A stretch of 63,274 nucleotides of DNA, filler included, from Collodictyon triciliatum (GCA_043381765.1; 16 parts of 16 records of this genome joined end to end with filler, not necessarily neighbours in it); one strand, 5' to 3'. Positions 14,900 through 27,970 are shown, numbered from the whole stretch's first letter. The notes: generated by a model not told the origin, from the letters alone. A program made the numbers and translations.

Positions 14900-15345
14900 T
14901 TTTTTAAAAAAAAAATACACGATTAGATGCGATTGTGTCTTTGGTCATATTATTCTTATTCTTATTCGTTATAATATTTGTTGTCTTTTATGCTCAAAAT
15001 CCAGTTAATGGCTTATTGGCACCAATTCCTTGCTTGCTTCACAGAGAGCGCATCAGCCGATTAGAAGAATGGCACCAGGCAAGTGACGGACTGGTCTCGG
15101 TTGCTGGTCAACGCCATCCGGAACATGAGACCGGGTTTAACTTTCAAGGGGCTATTGAATCTCTTGTCAGTGCTGGGAAGCCCCTTTCAGGGGTGTGGCA
15201 CAGTGTGCATATATCGGACGAGTGGGACCACTTTGATTCTGTTTTTTCTATGCATCACACACACGAAATTGTTGCAAACATCGTCTGGTTTATCTCCACC
15301 TTCCCTGCTATCACGCCCACCAGCGAAGCCCGCACAACTTTGTAG
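12576..15345 (+). CDS. Alpha/beta-hydrolase lipase (Staphylococcus/Geobacillus-type family), multi-exon
   Basis: Motifs [55 protein letters not shown] (nucleophile Ser), NNGT, SDGLVS (Asp) and WDHFD (His). Start codon is tentative. Confidence 0.85.
13720..13743 (+). mobile_element. Solo retroelement 3'-terminal motif in a lipase intron
   Basis: CTTTGAATCGAATAAAAG plus A-rich tail; the 16-mer is identical to the element end at 51080-51095. Confidence 0.6.
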
Positions 15346-15639
15346 CCCCTTTCAAAGCTCTGTTTGGTTAGCGAATATCCCAGAAGATGATGAATTTTGA
15401 TATAAGATAGAACCGGGTTTACCCAACCTGCCACCAACACAATCGAGGCGAGTGGGAATAAAAGTAAAAACGGAATCATTGCGGTTGGTGGCACTCACCC
15501 AGGTACTCGCTGGGTACCTTCTTGATACCTTATATGATACTATTCTTTGAACTTTCTGTTTGGTTTGCCCCATTCGACTGCCCATGACGACATTATTCCA
15601 AGTAAGGCAGCACTTCCGAAAGGGTTTTGGCAAATTGGG

Positions 15640-15770
15640 ATGTGGAAACTCATCACCAAACTGTGCGCAGACTTCAAAACACAGTTGCAACAAAGAACAA
15701 TCCCACGACCACCTCCAAACACACCAGAGCCTTTGCTGTCACGTTGGCAGATTCTATATACTCACTGCGA
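15640..15770 (+). mobile_element. Internal fragment of a repeated element ORF at a contig end
   Basis: MWKLITKLCADFKTQLQQRTIPRPPPNTPEPLLSRWQILYTHC. The last 14 bp are identical to, and in frame with, the start of the fragment at 55462-55665(-). Left boundary approximate. Confidence 0.55.
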
Positions 15771-15870
15771 NNNNNNNNNNNNNNNNNNNNNNNNNNNNNN
15801 NNNNNNNNNNNNNNTTAATTAATTAANNNNNNNNNNNNNNNNNNNNNNNNNNNNNNNNNNNNNNNNNNNN

Positions 15871-18705
15871 ACCAGTTGGACATTTCTCGCATGCATTTGA
15901 TTGTTGATTGAAAAAGTATCCTCCTTGGCATGGACTCCATACTTTGATAAATGTGTCAGAGCTCGCTGAAATTATTTTCGAGTCAGGAGTAGCAAAAACA
16001 TTATTTACTGAATCTGTGTGACTCAAAAGAGTTCGAATATTCCTCCCATCTGATATTGTCCATATTTTTACTGATTTATCACTGCTTCCAGAATAGAGTT
16101 TTGTTCCATCAGATGTCACTGATATGCTATTGACTGAGCTTGTGTGTCCTATTAGCGTTCGAATTAACAAGCCATCTGATATGTTCCAAATTTTGATTGT
16201 GTTATCACTGCTTCCAGATATAATTCTTGTCCCATCTGGAGATGTAATAACACATCTGACAGCATTTCCGTGACCAGTAAGTGATTTTATTAATGTTCCA
16301 TCAGACAAATTCCATACTATTATTGAAAAATCAGAACTTCCTGATATAATTTTTTTATTATCTGGAGTGATAAAAATAGAATTCACTCCCTTTGTATGAC
16401 TCGATAAGGCTCTAGTTAAAATTCCATCTGAAACTCTCCAAACATTTATATTCATGTCATCACTTCCTGATACTATAACATAACTATCTGGTGATATAGC
16501 AACGCTTCGAACAGCAGCGGTATGTCCGATAAATGTTTTTAATTGAGCACCATCTGAGAAATTCCAAATTTTTACCGTCTTGTCGCTGCTTCCTGAGACT
16601 ATTTTTGTTCCATCAGACGAAACAACAACACAATTCACAGCACTTGTATGGGCATTTATGGATAGAGCTTGAGAACCATCAGCATAATTCCAAATCCTTA
16701 CTGTATTGTCACTGCCTCCTGACACAATTTTAGTTTTATCTGGGCTCAAATAAACGCTATTCACTGTACTTGTGTGACCTGAGACTGTCAGAATCAAGCT
16801 GAAATCAGGAAAATTCCACATTTTAATTGTTGTGTCATCGCTTCCTGACAAAAATCTTGAGGCATCAGAAATTATTGATATTCCATTCGTGGTAAATCCA
16901 TGTTCTGTAAGAAGAGTTATTGTGACTCCATTCGAAAGATTCCAAATTCTTATTGTTTTATCACCGCTTCCAGAAATAATTTTTGAGCCGTCAGGGGATA
17001 TCGAAACTGTTTTAACGATTCCTGTATGCCCGTTGAGAGTACGAATTAAACCTCCATCTAAAATGCTTGTTATTCTGATTGTTTTGTCACTGCTTCCAGA
17101 AACAATTTTTGTTCCATCTGGCGTTATAGTGATAGAATTGACCGCATCAGTATGACCTTTTATCTCTTGAACTAATGTTCCATCAATATAATTCCAAACT
17201 TTGATTGTTTTGTCAGCACTTCCAGACACAATTTTTGAATTATCGGGAGTTAAAGAGAGGCTTGTGACAATTTCAGTGTGTCCGGCAATAGAACGAATTA
17301 CAGTTCTGTCTGAAATATTCGTAATTTTGATTGTTTTATCGCTACTTCCGGATATAATTCTAGTTTCATCTTTAGTCAAAGTAATGCCGTTTACTGATTC
17401 AGTATGAATATCAAATGATTGAATCAAAGAACCGTCATCAATATTCCATACTTTGACTGTTTTATCTGAACTTCCAGAAATTATCTTGGAGCTATCTGCT
17501 GTTAAAGTCAGTGCGTTAACGACATTAGTGTGTCCAATCAATGACCTGATTAAATTTCCATTTGATAGATTCCAAATCCTAATGATGTTGTCTGAATGGC
17601 CTGAAATAGTGATAGATTTCATTTGAGACGAGGCTATGCTTGTAACTCTGGAACCTTTTGAGTAAATTGGACTTCCGTCAGAGAGATTCCAAAGTTTTAT
17701 TGTGTAGTCGTGGCTTCCAGAGACAATTTTTGAACCATTAGGAGAAACAGCAACACTGTAAACACTACTAATATGACCAGTCAGTGTGCTAATCAAAGTT
17801 CCATCAGAAAGGTTCCAAATTATAATATTTTTATCACTACTCCCAGAAATAATTTTTGAGCCATCAAGAGTAACAGCAACACTGTTAACCCTCGCAGTAT
17901 GACCAAACAATGTGCGAATCAAAGCTCCGTCAGAAAGGTTCCAAATTTTGATTGATTGGTCACCCCAATAACCTCCAGAAACAATTTTTGAGCCATCAGG
18001 AGTAACAACAACACTACAAACTCCTGCGGTATGACCATTTAGTGTGCGAATCAAAGCACCATCAGAAAGATTCCAGATTTTGATTGTATAATCCTGACTT
18101 CCCGAAAGAATTTTTGAGCCATCAGGAGAAACTGCAACACTCCAAACTCCTGCGGTATGACCATTTAGTGTGCGAATCAAAGCACCATCAGAAAAATTCC
18201 ATATTTTGATTGTATTATCCCAACTTCCAGAGACAATTGTTAAACCATCAGGAGTTACAGCAACACTACAAACACCACTAGTATGACCAGTCAATGTGAG
18301 AATCAAAATTCCATCAGAAAGGTTCCAAATTTTGATTGTTTTATCAATACTTCCAGAAACAATTCTTGAGGCATCAGTATTAACAGCAACACTGTAAACC
18401 TCACGAGTGTGCCCAGTCAATGTGCGAATCAAAGCTCCATCAGAAAGATTCCAAATTTTGATTGTAGTATCGAAACTTCCAGAAACTGTTATTGAACCAT
18501 CAGGAGTAACAACAACACTCCATACAGAATTGCTATGACCAGTACCAACGTCGTAAATCGAAGATACTTGTGCCATACTGGAGATAATATTTCCGAAGGT
18601 GATGAAACCTAGTCATAAATATTGTTACAATAGAATTAATTAAATATTACAACTTAATTGATAAAAACCTATCAGAATTCGCAGGGGTAAAAAGCTTTTT
18701 GGCAT
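15871..18705 (-). CDS. Signal-peptide-bearing WD40-repeat protein with Cys-rich repeat (3'-truncated)
   Basis: Exon 1 18705-18669, GT-AG intron 18668-18609, exon 2 in frame with the 917-aa ORF. About 21 GH...WN repeats, then CQGGYFFNQQSNACEKCPTG. Confidence 0.88.
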
Positions 18706-20555
18706 TTCCTTGTGCTGATATCGTCAGATACCTAATAATTCATGAAAATTTTTATGATATTTACTGATTTTCTTAATTTTGATTTAAATGGCCTCTCATG
18801 TCTGTTTATTCGAAAAATTTATGTATTATATTCATTCATTTGCTGCTTCGCTTGTATTATAGAAAACACTCATCAATTTATTGTAAAATTAATTAAAGAT
18901 ATAAAATCACAAAATGAAAATAATATTCGATGATTGCTTTGATTTTTGTACGTAAAATTTATTGAACTTATAAGATAACCATCTTAAGTTCTAATTTTTG
19001 AGTAATTTTTATCCAAAAAGTTATAAATAAAAAGATTATTAAATATATCATTATGATTTAGTACATCTAATTTTTATTTTTTATTTTTGCGTTATTAAAG
19101 GTAATTGCATCAAATTTGTGTAGAAACTTTCTTTTGGAATTAAATAATATCTTTATACATGATAGATATCTCATTTATTAAAGTTAATTATTATAAGGGC
19201 AAAAAAAATGAAATTAGCTACCAACAAGAGCAATGGATTGAAATTAATTCGTATAATAAAATACCAGAAAGAATCATTTTAAACTATCACGCAGTATTTA
19301 CAATTTTGATAATCAGGAAAATCAAATATTTTACTTATTTTAATACTGGGACAAAGAAAAATAGAGAATATAACATAAGATAATTAATAAAAAAACCACC
19401 ATAAAAATATAAAGGATGATAAGAAAATTATTAAAACAACAATCCTGATTATTATATCAATTTCACTTATGAATATTTTTGAATTATCTTGTATTGAAAA
19501 TTTCAATGCTTCGACTCGTAAATTAATTCTTCGGCAAAGTTCCTCTGTTGACACCAGCCATGTTCTATATATAAATATTGATTTAAATTCAAATTAAATT
19601 ACGAATTCAGATATAATTTCCAATTCGAAAAATATCGAAAAATTCAGGCCGAGACCAAAATATTGTTTCATGTACGTAACGACCAAAAAAATATGCTATA
19701 GATTTTGCAATAGCCGATGATTTCAAAAAATCACTNNNNNNNNNNNNNNNNNNNNNNNNNNNNNNNNNNNNNNNNNNNNTTAATTAATTAANNNNNNNNN
19801 NNNNNNNNNNNNNNNNNNNNNNNNNNNNNNNNNNNTTTTCTTTTTTTCTTTTTTCATTTTTCATTTTTCATTTTTCATTTTTCATTTTTCATTTTTCATT
19901 TTTCTTTTTTCATTTTTCTTTTTTCTTTTTTCTTTTTTCTTTTTTCATTTTTCTTTTTTCTTTGTTTTCTTTGTTTTCTTTTTGATTTTTTGCTTTGTAG
20001 AGATTTGCTGCTCTTTTTCAAAACACTTTGTTCTCTTTCCTGCTATGTTTCTGTCTCCTTTTTTCTCCCTTTTATCTGTTCATTCTTTTTATTCTAATGA
20101 GCTCCAGTTCAAAACTATTTTGGGCTTTTTTATATTATTAGTCTAATATCTCGATTTCCCTTGTATTATCTTGTTTATAAAGTATGTTGTGTTTTTTGTT
20201 AAGATTTTTTCTTATTCTTTATTTATTTTTTGCTCCTTTTTTTCTTTTTGTTTTTTCGATTTCTTAAACGACTGTGAGTTTGTAGCTCACATGAGGCTCT
20301 TTACACAGGTTCCAAGTTTTTTGCGAGTGACACTGACTCATTCGCGCAGAATCGGAGTGACTGGTCATCTGTGGAGAACACTGGCCTTCAAGCCGAGGTA
20401 TTAGAATTCTTAGTCGAATACTTGTTGAAATCCCCTTCACCTTCTTCGCAACTCCGTCAAACCATTTGACCATATGGACATCATACATTATTCTATTTTG
20501 TTTATCCATCTTAACTCTTTCTTTTCCCTCATCGAAACCTTTTCCGATATCATCA

Positions 20556-23500
20556 GGTCTTCGAATCGTCTTCCAGAATAGCCTTCCCTGTCTCTGAGTC
20601 TTTCATAAAGTCACCAGGACAAAAAGCACAGTGCCCTTCCGACTCGAGCCACAGTCCCATTTCTTCAAATGATCACGGCGACTTCACCATTGTGCCGCCA
20701 ACCCCAGTTGTTGTGTCCATAAACGCAGATGTATATATTCACAAATCCCTCAGTTTCTACCAAAAGTGCTACATCCTTCCTTTCCCAAAACCACACGAAC
20801 AACCCTTCTCCATTTATATAATGATTGCCCTATGTACCATTGCATGAATTAACTTATAACTTTTCCTCTGCAGTATGAAGCAGTTTCCGAGGATGAAAAC
20901 ACAGATAAAAACCAAGAAGAATTAATAAGCACGCCTGTCTTGGGACAGCGGTCCTCATCTTTCAAAAGGCTCAGCGAAGGTCGCTCTATCGAGCCAAACA
21001 ATCTGATGCGGTCATTCGAGGAGCTTTGCTTATCCACATCCAAAGAGAATATCCCCCCCGGTGCAATTCAACAGATGGACAGAGATTCAGATATCGAAAC
21101 TCCAGGGATATTCCCAAATACGGATACGGGCCACCAGCACGCTGCATCTTCATCACGGCATGACCACAATGTTGTTTTGAAACGCGGTTATCGCGAGCAT
21201 CACTTGCGCAGGTCAAGCGGCTTCTGCTTTTATGCACCAGCTTTTCTATTCAGCGAAGACCTTGAACTATCATCTGGTGAAGTAGAGCCAAACACAATCA
21301 GCACTGATTTTGCTAGAGATGATACTGCTCTATATGATGCGACTAGTCGTTACGCAATCTTAAAGAAACCTGATGTCGCTAATATAACAATCCAAAAAAC
21401 TAAATCACATGAAGCTTATTTTTCTCGTGTCGATGGGTTATCGGAGGCATCTATATCAGCTGATGAAAACCCAAATCACGCCACATTAAACAGGTTTTTC
21501 ATCGCAATAATTGCACGTACCTTGCCTTATCTCTCTACATCCCATTTTTGTTGATGCAAAATTGAATTTATCTTTTGATGCGGAGTCTCTTGATATTTTC
21601 TTATTTTATTCTTGCAACAACATATATCGCATTACTATTAAAAATTTTAAAGTAATTATAATGTCAAAGACACAATATTCGACCCATTTTAGTATCGAGC
21701 ATGGAATGCAACAAGGACACAACACACCATCTAGTAAGGAAAGACGCAGGTGGGTTCAAACTCCGCCACATCGCCCGGAGGCACTACACCAATACAATAT
21801 ATTTGAGGTATTTTTGATTTAATTAATACATAATAAGGATTGTCATTTCATACTCTTCTTGATGAAACATGCCATCTGAAGAATATCATATTCCACCCAC
21901 CTTGCAGTTGTGACTTGCTTAAATGACTATCAAGTACAATGGCCAGATAATTTTTGTTTTCTCCTAACAGGTCGACAGCGACATCCATGAAAGTATTTCT
22001 GTTGTCTCGCATTTATCGGGTGCCACAGATGTAAGCGACTTATCAAGCCTTACGAAAACTCTCGCAGTAGTTCCTAGTGTAGAGGTCATTTAACCTATAA
22101 ATAAACAGAAAGTCGAAGACGATATCATTTAAGAATCAAATAAAAATATATTTCTTAAATTCTGATCAAATGTTTAATTTAGACTTTCTCTAGTTAAGTG
22201 GCTCATTTTGCAAACTAACTTTATTCTCAATAATTCCAGAAACGTATTCATAATCAAACTTCACGAGACCTATCGAAGGCCAAACAAGCACCCCCCGCTA
22301 AGGTTACCTCGTCTGTCACTTATGACTTTGAACAGGAAAACCTGCGCGCAACAGTAATTCGTTTATTAGATACATATCAGCTTTCCCTGAAATTTGTCGT
22401 TGTATGTCATTTTTTGTAATATTTTTGGTCATTTCTACACTCATTTTCATCCTCTCTTGCCAATTTTTTTTCTAACTAGACGGTCATTCTAATGAATATG
22501 AATATTAAGATGTTTTATTGCGACAATTGTTTGAAGACTACATTCATCCTCAAATAGAACCCTCGATTGTCTACAATTAGCTCATCTTCTTCTCTTGGTT
22601 CTGGCTTTGTCCCGATTGCCGTTAAAGTTGAAAAGTACCAGAAAAACATCCGTAAATTTAAAATGAAGGCGAGTACCTCATACTGTAGAATCATCAAATG
22701 AAAATAAGAAAGCATGAAATGAAGAAAACGCAGAACAAAAAAGCAATTCAAGTCTCATCCTTCTTTACGTATCTTTTCAATTTTCAATGTGCCTTTGTAA
22801 CCCAAAGTCAAATTTTAAACTTACGATATAGCCCCGTGAAAACACAACAGGGAAAGAAAATCATGGTGGGAACTTTGCGGAGGTATCACACAACACATTC
22901 TGTAGTTCTCTTGTGTTTGTGGTTGATTATGACACGCCCTGTGGCAACATTTTTTTATTATGATTATGATTATGATTATGAATATGAATATGATTATGGA
23001 TATGATTATGATTATGATTATGATTATGGTTATGGTTATGGTTATGGTTATGGTTATGGTTATGGTTATGGATATGATTATGATTATGATTATGATTATG
23101 ATTATGATTATGATTATGATTATGGTTATGGTTATGGTTATGGTTATGGTTATGGTTATGGTTATGGTTATGATTATGGTTATGATTATGATTATTTGTC
23201 AGAAACCAACAAAATTAAAAAAATATATCGACGCATAAAAGCTTCTTAGGAGACTCTGGGAGACCAAAAACCCAACTGAATTAATGACAACTGAATTCAC
23301 ACAGAGTGCTTTGCAGAAACCAGTGGTTCAAAGCACCCAGGAGGGAGAACTGAAAAGACCCAATAAAGTGTCATCTTTATGTCGCCCAACACAATCCTAC
23401 GAGGTAGCACTACTTCGCGTTTAGCATTCTTCCCCTAATTTTAAATCTTTATTTGATGCCCAAAATAATCTCTTTTCCTTTTTTTTCCCCCTCTTGATAA

Positions 23501-23570
23501 TAACAAAGGCAAAAAAGGCATCAAAGAAACCTCTGAAGCACAAATAAGCTCTCGAATCTATGGAAAGCGT
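20556..23570 (+). CDS. Hypothetical Ser/Pro/Thr-rich multi-exon protein (partial)
   Basis: Open segments (e.g. ~20556-20730, ~20873-21493) bounded by AG/GT splice signals. No recognisable domain; boundaries approximate. Confidence 0.45.
22957..23194 (+). repeat. Compound (TATGAT)n/(TATGGT)n microsatellite
   Basis: Alternating blocks of two hexamers. Confidence 0.95.
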
Positions 23571-23799
23571 GCTTTTCTTCGGAACCCCACCTCCACCTAT
23601 TCTTTTCTTTTCTTTTCTTTTCTTTTCTTTTCTTTTCTTTTCTTTTCTTTTCTTTTCTTTTCTTTTCTTTTCTTTTCTTTTCTTTTCTTTTCTTTTTTTN
23701 NNNNNNNNNNNNNNNNNNNNNNNNNNNNNNNNNNNNNNNNNNNTTAATTAATTAANNNNNNNNNNNNNNNNNNNNNNNNNNNNNNNNNNNNNNNNNNNN

Positions 23800-26700
23800 T
23801 GTCGTAAGACTGGCCATACGACACAGAGTAGACACTGAACTCTGGCGTGTATGTAAAAGTCCAGACAGAGTCGCCTTTGGTCCCAGATTTCACTACTTCG
23901 CTCATTGTTCCACAGGATGGTGTCGTTATGAGTGAGATAGTCAAATTGTCACCATCAGCATCGGTAAATCTTCCTGCTTGGGCAATCCTCACTGTCACAG
24001 TGGAGTTCTCGTTCACATACACGGACTCAGATGGGATGAGAATCTGTGAAATTATATTAAAAGTGTTACTATTATAATGAGTAATTATGAGTCTTAACTT
24101 AAATTAATCCATTTTTTATAAAAAAAAAAAGCGAAATGAATTGTGTAGAAAATAAAAAAACCTCGGGCGCGTGGTTGATGTCAATGACATGGATAGGAAC
24201 AGTGAAGACTTCAGTTTCAGCAGTTCCATCAGTTACATAATAGCTGAAGGAGCCCGCATCTCCGCTGATATAATCAATAGGCTTGAATGTAACGTTTGCT
24301 CCAGCAGCAAGGAGTAGATTCATGTCTGTGAAAGGCTCTCCGTTGATTATTACTGACCCGAACGATGAATCAGGCAGAGATGTGATACGAACTGACAACG
24401 TATCTGCTCTGTCATAATCCATGGCATCAAGTCTTACCAGTGAGTTGGGGACTGGAAGGGATATAATGTCGTCTATGCCGTGTGGTATCTCAAACACATA
24501 GATGTTAGAGACTGGAACAGGGATAGGCGCATGGTTGACGTGATTGACAAAGATAGATAGGGTTTGCTCGGCCGACTGAGAGTTTCCATCGCTCACGTGG
24601 TAGCGAATCGATGTCAGCGGACTGCCGAACGTATACTTCGGCGGTGTGTATGTCAATGTCCACTCTCTGTTTGCTCCTCCGCTTATCGCCGTGCTGTTTG
24701 ATACAATCTCGTTTCCGTCAGAGTCGATGAGGATGCCGATGCTTGGTAAGCCGCTGATGAATATCCTCAATGTGTCGTTCTTGTTGTCGTCCTTTGCACT
24801 CAGTGTAAATGTCACCGACTGGTCTTCATCAAATGCAGGAATGCTGGTGGTGGTGGTGACAGGTGCAAAGTTGACATCCGAGGTTCTCACCACAAGCTCT
24901 AGCTCAGTGGACTTGAGTCCGAGCGGGTCTTGTGTGTACACCTTGATTCTATCGACCTCACCGACATACAGAGCTGGCACAACAACATCGAACTTCCACA
25001 GTCCATCGGTCGTCTTTTTCAGAGGCTGGGTGATGTCAATATCTTGGCCGTCTTGCTGCAGCTTAATTTGAGTATTTGTGTGGCCGAGGATGTAAGCATT
25101 GATGACATCACTATCCGGGTCGACTCCACTTAAGACAAATGTAACAGTTCTGATTGATTGTGAATCAGGAATCGAGATATTCGGTTGCGCATAGATGAAA
25201 GGGGCAAAGTTCTTGTCTTGGATGTTGATATTGACTGGGAATGTCGTTGCTATTTCATCATTCCTGACGATTATATTGAAAGAGTCAGACTGACGTCCAG
25301 CTGAAACCATCACATCGGGTGCAATGTTAACATACAAGAACTTGGCCTTCGTTGTCCCAGCATAGGGTATAATGATTTTGTTTCCACTTATCAGATTGCC
25401 CTCTGTGAGTACGGCTGGATAGTAGAGCTGTCCAAGTTTTGGCAGCGAACTAAGTTCTAGTTGGACGTTGACTATGTTGTCAGGGTCAGGCAGTCCTTCA
25501 ACTTCGATTTCCATTGATTCTCTTTCGTTCAAGGAGGGAGAAATAGGGTTCGATGATACTTTGGGGGGCAATGCAGAGAAAAGGACATCAAAGGATACCG
25601 TCACTGAAATAGGAGCAGAGTCTCCATCGGTAATCGTTACTTCAACGGAATTGTAATTATCATTATCTCCTGAGCCAGCGCTTGGTGCTGTGTATTCAAG
25701 CTGAAGTGCTTCATAGTTATCATACACAGATGTGTGAGTAGCAGCCAAGGGAGTGTCATTGAGCTTGAACGTGCCCTTTGACGAGTCTCTTGTCTCAATG
25801 GTAATCCTCAGTTTGTCATCGACATCAAAGTCTTGTGCAATGACGATAAACGGTACAGCCTGTCCTCTTGTGGCGTGAAGCACTGATGAAGGTGTCGATA
25901 TTACAGGAGGGTGGTTGACATGGTTGACTGATATGGTCACCGTCGCAGATACAGAGTCTGCCTTTTCGTCGTTGGCCGTGTAGGTGAAGCTTGTGTATGG
26001 GTCTCCAAACGAGTACAGTGCGTTCAAGAAGCTTACGCTAGTCGACGACCCAAGTGTAAACGGTACGGTCGTAATCGCCTTCCCCTCAAAAGACAGCGTG
26101 CCCTTTGTCGGAAGGGTGCGGATAGTGTACGTGAGGTCTTCGGCTGGAATATTCGCATCGGTCGCCAATAATGTGATGGTCACCGACTTGTCCTCATCTG
26201 TGGTGATGCTAAGAGCTTGAGCTACAGGCGCGATGTTGACATAGTTTACCACAATCGGGACAGCCTTGGTGTCGGTCGCCTGGCTATTGTCGCTGACTTG
26301 TACGGTAATTTGATCAGTGTAATGTCGGTTCTGAGCAGGGGTGTATGTCAGAGTGGCGCCAGCTGATGTCAGCGGATAGACTGTGCCTGCCGTGATTGGC
26401 ATGTTGTCCATGGAAAGCGATGAACCCAATGTGGTAGGTAGACTCGTGACCTTGAAAGTCAGCGTATCTCCTGCGTCCACGTCCTGTCCCTTGATAACAA
26501 TAGACGCTGCAGTGTTAAGGTTTGTTGTTACTGTCGTGGGCACCACAGCTGTGGGTGCATGATTGACATGGTTGACGTTGATTGCAAGTGTCTGCTCATT
26601 CGATCGAAGCTGTCCGTCATTCACATAGTATCGGAACGTTGTCAACGGCTTGCCATCATTCAGCAGCGGTGGTGTGTATCGGATGGTGGTCACGCCATTC

Positions 26701-27662
26701 GTCATCACAAGAGGTGTGCTTGTTGTGACTGCTGCCCCGCCATATGTGAGGGTGCCGATGGAAGGCAGCTGAGATATGTATGCAGTGATGGCGTCTTGGT
26801 TGTCATCTTTGCCTTCCAGCTCAATATGGACGAAGCTGTCTTCATCGCAATCTGGTGTGGTTGTGGTTGTTGCCACTGGAGCGAAGTTGACGCGGTTGAT
26901 GGTAAGGCTGAGAGTCAGCGGGCTTGAAGTGGCTTGGAGAGAGTCTCTGGTGACAACAACGATGCTTGCGACTGTACCGAATGTCAGAGCGGGAACGTTT
27001 ACAGTTATAAGCCATGTGTTAGAGCCTGTGGGTGCTCTAAGGAGTGGGCTGTTGGTGGCCAGTGCGCTACCACCGTTTGTGATGGCAACATCCTTCGATG
27101 TGATACTGGTCACAGTAGCATTAATGGAGTTTGAATCTGGGTCGACACCGCTGACGGTGAATATCACAGTCTGTGCGGTTTGGGAGGACTGGATGGTTAC
27201 GGATGGGTTTGTTGCACTGACGAAGGGAGCAAAGTTTCTGTCAGCCACGTTAACATTGACTGTAACAGTCGAGCTCTTGCCGCTGTTTTGGCTCATTATG
27301 GTGTATGTATCAGAGTTGGCTCCAAGAGACACAAGCGCAGATGGTGGAATGGGCGCAACGTAAATAATTTGAACAGACGAACTACCCTGACTACCCGTGG
27401 CTATCAGTTGTCCACTTCGAAGAGCATCTCCAGTTACTTGCCCGAGTGTATTGGCAAGGTACAATTTTCCGTTCGCTGGGATGCTTGAAACAATTAACGA
27501 GACAGGGAGATTATCAGGGTCACTTGTGCTGATGGTAGTAATCTTCTGCTCCTGTTCTTGGATGGATACAGAGGATGGATTCGAAGAAATGGTTGGGTTC
27601 ATCGCAACAAAGGCGACGTTAATGGGGACGCTCACTAATGATGTTGCGAGTTGATTGTCAAT
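23800..27662 (-). CDS. Large tandem Ig/cadherin-like repeat (Big_9/tandem-95-like) surface protein, partial at both ends
   Basis: ~110-aa units NHAP/NFAP...DED....L.G.D.D....I.SLP..G.L...YTP...F.Y.V.DG. A GT-AG intron at 24161-24044 joins INHAPE|ILIPSESVYVNENS. Confidence 0.88.
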
Positions 27663-27763
27663 NNNNNNNNNNNNNNNNNNNNNNNNNNNNNNNNNNNNNN
27701 NNNNNNTTAATTAATTAANNNNNNNNNNNNNNNNNNNNNNNNNNNNNNNNNNNNNNNNNNNNA

Positions 27764-27970
27764 AAGGTCTCCCAATATGAAGACCAATCCAAGGCCAAAA
27801 AGCCCCTTATGCCAAATGCTGTCGAGTTGGTTGCCCAGTGTTACCAAAACGGATGGGGGGTTGAACAGGACATGAAGCGGGCTGGGGAATGGGCCAATCT
27901 GCTGCGTCCGCCATCGGCCCCCAAACAACAAAACCAAGGAGGCAAAGGAGGAGACTGCACCATCTGCTAA
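27764..27970 (+). CDS. C-terminal exon of a Sel1-like repeat protein ending in CaaX
   Basis: KVSQYEDQ...AVELVAQCYQNGWGVEQDMKRAGEWANLL...GGDCTIC*. Confidence 0.6.
   Translation, partial: KVSQYEDQSKAKKPLMPNAVELVAQCYQNGWGVEQDMKRAGEWANLLRPPSAPKQQNQGGKGGDCTIC

Noticed and set aside
22698-23249. YD/YG-repeat, poly-Ile, poly-Asn and poly-Phe ORFs in the track
   Set aside because: Translations of microsatellites or ORFs running through N spacers.
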